DNA of 64,000 bases from the human T2T-CHM13v2.0 reference genome, Homo sapiens: the NCBI RefSeq assembly GCF_009914755.1, contig NC_060947.1. One strand, written 5' to 3'. Shown in pieces: positions 58,175 through 64,000 of the stretch (its first letter is position 1; each line of letters opens with the position of its first letter). The position numbers and the translations under genes are program-made. The notes under the pieces are model-generated. The model did no database searches, was not told the DNA's origin, and worked only from the letters and a program-made list of their open reading frames with translations.

Positions 58175-59650
58175 TTATTGGTTGTCTGACAGGACAATGG
58201 TCACTGCAAAGCACAGACGCTTTTCTCACTTCTAGTTGTTTCCAGTAGTCCAGGATTAAACCCTGGAAGATGACTAGATGACTCTGTCCTACGCATCTGG
58301 GACATCTAGAATTAAGAGCACCCTGCTTTGGAGGCCTTCACTCTAGCTAGGCCTTATATCTACAGTGTTCTCACCCACTTCCCAAACCTCAGTGACATTA
58401 AGTGCTTTGTCCTGGGTCACACACAGCATCTGTGTTGGACCATCTGGAGATGAGAGTCAGGCTTTGGCCAGCAGACTCCCTTGTCAATGCATTTGCTGTG
58501 GCAAGAGGAGTACATGGCAAGAGCTCAGAAAATGGTAGCTATCGTTATTAGATAAACTGGTTTCGCACATGTTGGTGACAACTTTAGAATGATAATGAAT
58601 GCAACACAGCAAGGCATGCAATTTAGTGTGGCTGGGCAACCTTGGCAGGAGGGGATGCAGAAGAGAGAAAGAAGTGGGAAGAGTCTAAGACTCAAGGCAC
58701 CTTGCTACTCCAGGACTTTGGAGCAAAGGTCACCTATAACTGGGTGGATGTTTGGGAAAATGAAGATCTGAATGTTCAAAACGTGTAATTCAAGGCAACT
58801 CTGAAACCCTGTGGGTTTTGTGTGGATTCCGAGGTAATCCTACAGTAGAAAGTCCAGCCAAATGGTGAGAATAAGCAAGAGTCTTGGAGAAAAAGGAACA
58901 GAATGAAGGCAATGTCCTACCATAATGCATGCTCTTGCAAGGACAGACAGACACCATGATATCTTTAGGATCTCCTGAGGCAGTTTGTGTAAAAGGAGGC
59001 AACTTGCCACCAAAATGGGAAAGAAGTGGTTAAACAGCAACAGTAGGGCTCCTGCTTCCTGGAGCTATTGGGTGACATTTTCCTCTAACAATCCTGGCAT
59101 CTTCAAGTGTGGTGTCAGTTTTACTTCGGATTCCAAATGGGAAGAGACTTTTCCTGGCAAATGCACTGTGAAGTAACACTGTGATCCTACAGAGAGTTTA
59201 GCTATCAGAACAAAAGACGTTTGGGCCATCTTCATTCATCTAGCTACATTTTCCCCCTAGGTTCCCAACCCTGGCTGCTTATTGGAATCGCCTTTGGAGC
59301 TTTTAAAAAATGATGCATGGGCTAGCTCCCCACCCCCCCACCCCCCCAAGAGATGCCAATTTAATCGGTCTGTTCCCACCTTGGCCCCCTTACTCTGGTC
59401 TCCAAGTTCTGCCTAATATAGCCCCTGCCCAAGTCTCTGATCTGTTCTCCCACTGCATTCCTCCTATTTTACCGCATCGCAGATGAGCTGATCTTTCAGT
59501 TTCTCAACAATGTCAACTCTTGTTTTATTTAACATGAGAGCCTTTGTATATGTGATTCCCTCTGCTTGGAAGGCTCTTACCCCTTCTGTTTCTTCTTTTA
59601 TCCATGTTTTTTACCCTTCGGGTCTCAGTTTAAATACCACCTCTTAAACT

Positions 59651-60031
<381 letters not shown>

Positions 60032-63000
60032 AGCTACCTCTTTAGAAAGGTCTTCCTCATTATTCCTCTTGTAAAATAGGACTCTTTTTTGTTCTAAATC
60101 TCAACTTATTTGTTTCCTTTGTAGCATTCAGTATCTTTTCCTTTATCTCTTTACATGCTTATTGACTGTTTCCTCTGTCTCCGCCACCAAATGTCAGTTC
60201 CACAAGGGCAAAGACCTTGGTCATTGTTGTATCTTCAGCACATAGAATATATAGCATAATGTATATAGCATGGCAAATATACCATAAACATCTATAGAAA
60301 TAAAGTTCTGTATTTGGAAAAATTTTTGAGAAACATTAAGGTCCCTGTTCTGAGATTATTTTACAAATGTTTACGCTGTATTTGGAGGCTTTGTACATCT
60401 TTTGTTAGACTTAATCCTTACTGCATTAAATCAGGGGGCATGCGATGCCAGATTGTCCCATTATTGATGATGCTAAGTTTGATCACTTGGTTAAGATGTC
60501 CACCTAATCTCTATATTTATAAAGGTAACCCTTTCCCTTTCCTAACAATCTGTGGAGTGAGACTTTGAGACCATGCAAATATTCTGTTTCACAACAAGCT
60601 TTTATCCAATGGTATTAGCAACCCTTAAAGTTCTTTACAAGTATTCAATAGTAAGTACATTGATGGTTGCAAACTGATTTTCCAGTTATGATCCATTACC
60701 CTCATTATTCCTTTTGATGCTCAAATTGTCTCAAATCTGGCCAACAGGAAGCCCTTCAGGCCAGTTTCTGTGTTCTTTTCACATGATCCCATTAATCTTC
60801 TGGCACATCAAGATCACCAAGATCATCTAAGATTGCCTGGCAGTTTCCTTGATCCAGCCTTGAAAAAGTCATTTCTCTAGGGAGCTCAGATTCTTTTGAC
60901 TGGAAAATGGTAGTTAGAGACCAAGATTTGGGCATGGGATGGGCTCGTTATTACTGCAGTGTAATTACTTCTAGATTCCCTCAGTGAACAGTGCTAAGAA
61001 TATGATTTTTTAAATTCCTAAGTTCTCACTGACACTTCTAATTCAACTCTAACATTCTTTTTGTTAGTATTAGATTTCTAGGGCTACTGTAACAAATTCA
61101 CCACACACTTGGTGCCTTTAAAACAAAAGAAATTTATTCACTTATCGTTCTAGAGGCTTAAAGTCTGGAGCCTGGAGCAGAGGCACAAAAGAGTGTGTCA
61201 AACACAAAATCACATTTAAAGCTTCTATTTGGAAGTGGTATATATGTCATGTCCAATCACATTCTATTGATCAAGATGAGCCGTACGGCCATGCCTAAAG
61301 TTGATGAGGTTTTCAAGGAAAGAGGGAATAAAAACTCAAGAACATTAATACCATCTGCTTCATATGCTATTTTCTGTTCATTTAGAAATTCCTTACATTT
61401 TCTTGTTTCAGCAATAAGAGGTGATTTATGCAGGCAGACATGAGGGCTGGGTGGCTTACTAGGTTTCTTAGCCAGGAGTACCCTCTACTGTTGATAAATG
61501 GAAGTGTAATTTATTTAATAGATGTGACCAAAGAGGTTTGTGGGTCTTGTGATTTAGTAATTCACTTTTGTTTTTATAGGACAGTTAATTTCCAACATTT
61601 GCTTTCTTCTTTTTTTTTTTTTTTTTTTTTTTGAGACAGGGTTTCTCTCTGGAGCAAGGTTGGCTAGATTTATATATTTATTTTCTACTTGTAAATATAA
61701 ACTTATAGTACTTTTTGTCTTCTGGTTATTCTATAGATGGGTTATGGGTGGTTTTAGTCATAATTTAAAATTGTGTGTGTATGTGTATGTATGGTTTTTG
61801 AAGACTGTGGAGAGATTTAGGCAGCTGCCATTATCTGACAGGAATGTGCAACTCCTGCTTGGAATTTTTAAATGCTATTTAAAACTATTTTTCCAACTGT
61901 TTCAGGTATACAGAAATACAATTAATTTTGGTATTTATTTTGTTTTCAGCAAGCTTGAAAAATTTTAAAAATTCTAATAATTTATATATAAATTCCTTTG
62001 GATTTTCTATCTATGCCATCATATCTTCCACATACAATGAGTTTGTTTCATCATATTCAATCCTTACATATTTTCCTTCTTTTTCTCATCTTATTGCACT
62101 GCTTAGGACAGCCAATATGTATAATCCTTCAGTCTGTCACTGTGATAAATTATATCAGTTTTCTAATGTATAAGCCAAACTTGCATTCCTAGCATAAATC
62201 CAATTTGGATCCATATTGCTAATATTTTGTTTGGGATTTATGTTTATGAATAAAACGGGCCTATTATCTTCCTTTCTAATATTGTTCTTGTTGGGTTTGG
62301 TTGTCAAGGTTATGCTATTATCATAAGATAATTGAATAACATTCCATCTTTTTCCATTTTCTGAAAGAATTTTTGCAAGGTTAATATTATTTCTCCTTTG
62401 AAAAATTGGTAGAATATAGTTAGTGTAGCCATCTGGATCTGGATTTTTTAAATTAATAACCTTTTAACACTAAGTTTGGAAAATTAGGTAAAATGGATTA
62501 ATCCCTGGTAAATACAACAAGAAAGAACATTTAATATTAATAAGTATCCTCATTTTTTATATTTTTATATTGGCAGAAATTTTTGTGGGATCTTTATTGA
62601 TGTCCAGTTTTTTAAAGTTTCTGATATTATTTGTGCCTTCTTTTCATCTTGATTGCTCTTGCCAGAAGTTTGTCAATTTTCAAGGAACCAACTTTTGGTT
62701 TTCTTTATTCTCTCTATTGTATGTTTCTTTTTTACTTCATTTACTTCATATCTTTATTATTTCCTTGCTTCTACTTCCTTTTGGTTTATTTTGCTGTTTC
62801 ACTAGCTTCTTGAGACATACCTTAGCTCATTAATTGTCAGGCTTTCTTCTCTTCCAATATATGTTTTTAACGCTATACATTTCTTTCTAAATATTGCTTT
62901 AGCTGATTCCCACATTTTAATATGTCATGCCTTGTTATCATTCAGTTTAAAATATTTTCTAATTTATGATTTCTTATTTGACACATGGGTTTAAAAGTAT

Positions 63001-63200
63001 AGTTCTTGATTCTAACATAGGAAGATTTTATAGTTATCTTTCTTATTTATATCAACTTTAATTGTATTGTGACCAGAAAACATGTTTTATATTATCTGAA
63101 ATTTGAGACTACTTTATTTGTAGCTTATTTGTAGCTTAAAATGGAAAATTCTAACATGTTTCCTTTGTGTGCTTACAAAGAATGTGTAATTTTGCAATTT

Positions 63201-64000
63201 CTTTTTTTTTATTATACTGTAAGTTCTAGGGTACATGTGCACAACGTGCAGGTTTGTTACATATGTATACATGTGCCATGTTGGTGTGCTGCACCCATTA
63301 ACTCGTCATTTACATTAGGTATATCTCCTAATGCTATCCCTCCCCTGTCCACCCACCCCATGACAGGCCCCGGTGTGTGATGTTCCCCTACCTGTGTCCA
63401 AGTGTTCTTATTGTTCAATTCCCACCTACGAGTGAGAACATGCGGTGTTTGGTTTTTTGTCCTTGTGATAGTTTTTGAGAATGATGGTTTCCAGCTTCAT
63501 CCATGTCCCTACAAAGGACATGAACAGATCCTTTTTATGGCTGCATAGTATTCCATGGTGTATATGTGCCACATTTTCTTAATCCAGTCTATCATTGATG
63601 GACATTTGGGTTGGTTCCAAGTCTTTGCTATTGTGAATAGTGCCGCAATAAACATACGTGTGCATGTGTCTTTATAGCAGCATGATTTATAATCCTTTGG
63701 GTACATACCCAGTAATGGGATGGCTGGGTCAAATGGTATTTCTAGTTCTAGATCCTTGAGGAATCGCCACACTGTCTTCCACAATTGTTGAACTAGTTTA
63801 CAGTCCCACCAACAGTGTAAAAGCGTTCCTATTTCTCCACATCCTCTCCAGCACCTGTTGTTTCCTGACTTTTTAATGATCGCCATTCTAACTGGTGTGA
63901 GATGGTATCTCACTGTGGTTTTGATTTGCATTTCTCTGATGGCCAGTGATGATGAGCATTTTTTCATGTATCTGTTGGCTGCATAAATGTCTTCTTTTGA
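63201..64000 (-). mobile_element. L1PA 3' end (continues beyond window), in F8 intron 25
   Basis: ORF2 C-terminus [23 protein letters not shown]...CWWDCK; 3'UTR; poly(A). Confidence 0.95.

Noticed and set aside
63509-63967. 152-aa ORF (and 45895-46266, 123 aa)
   Set aside because: C-terminal fragments of L1 ORF2p; 45895-46266 is in a 5'-truncated copy and the other ends aberrantly

Overview
This is human (primate) genomic DNA, recognisable from its proteins as the Xq28 MPP1-SMIM9-F8 interval. All three genes lie on the minus strand. MPP1 (erythrocyte p55 MAGUK: PDZ-SH3-HOOK-GUK) has coding exons 1-11 at 25783 to 1651, a CpG-island promoter near 25.5-26.2 kb, and a last exon that lies left of the window. 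The complete 99-aa SMIM9 CDS is in three exons (51257 to 44154). The last exon of F8 (end of the C2 domain plus ~1.8 kb 3'UTR) is followed by part of its last intron. Between MPP1 and SMIM9 is a degenerate MER4-type ERV1 provirus containing an intact-ORF HMGN1 processed retrocopy, an Alu and a nested solo LTR. The rest is Alu, L1, MaLR and DNA-transposon sequence. I found no convincing novel multi-gene system. The notable items are small retrotransposition/repair footprints and candidate TE-derived promoters or exons. Exon boundaries were read by hand. Repeat boundaries and subfamilies are approximate and were recognised from memory, not by database search.
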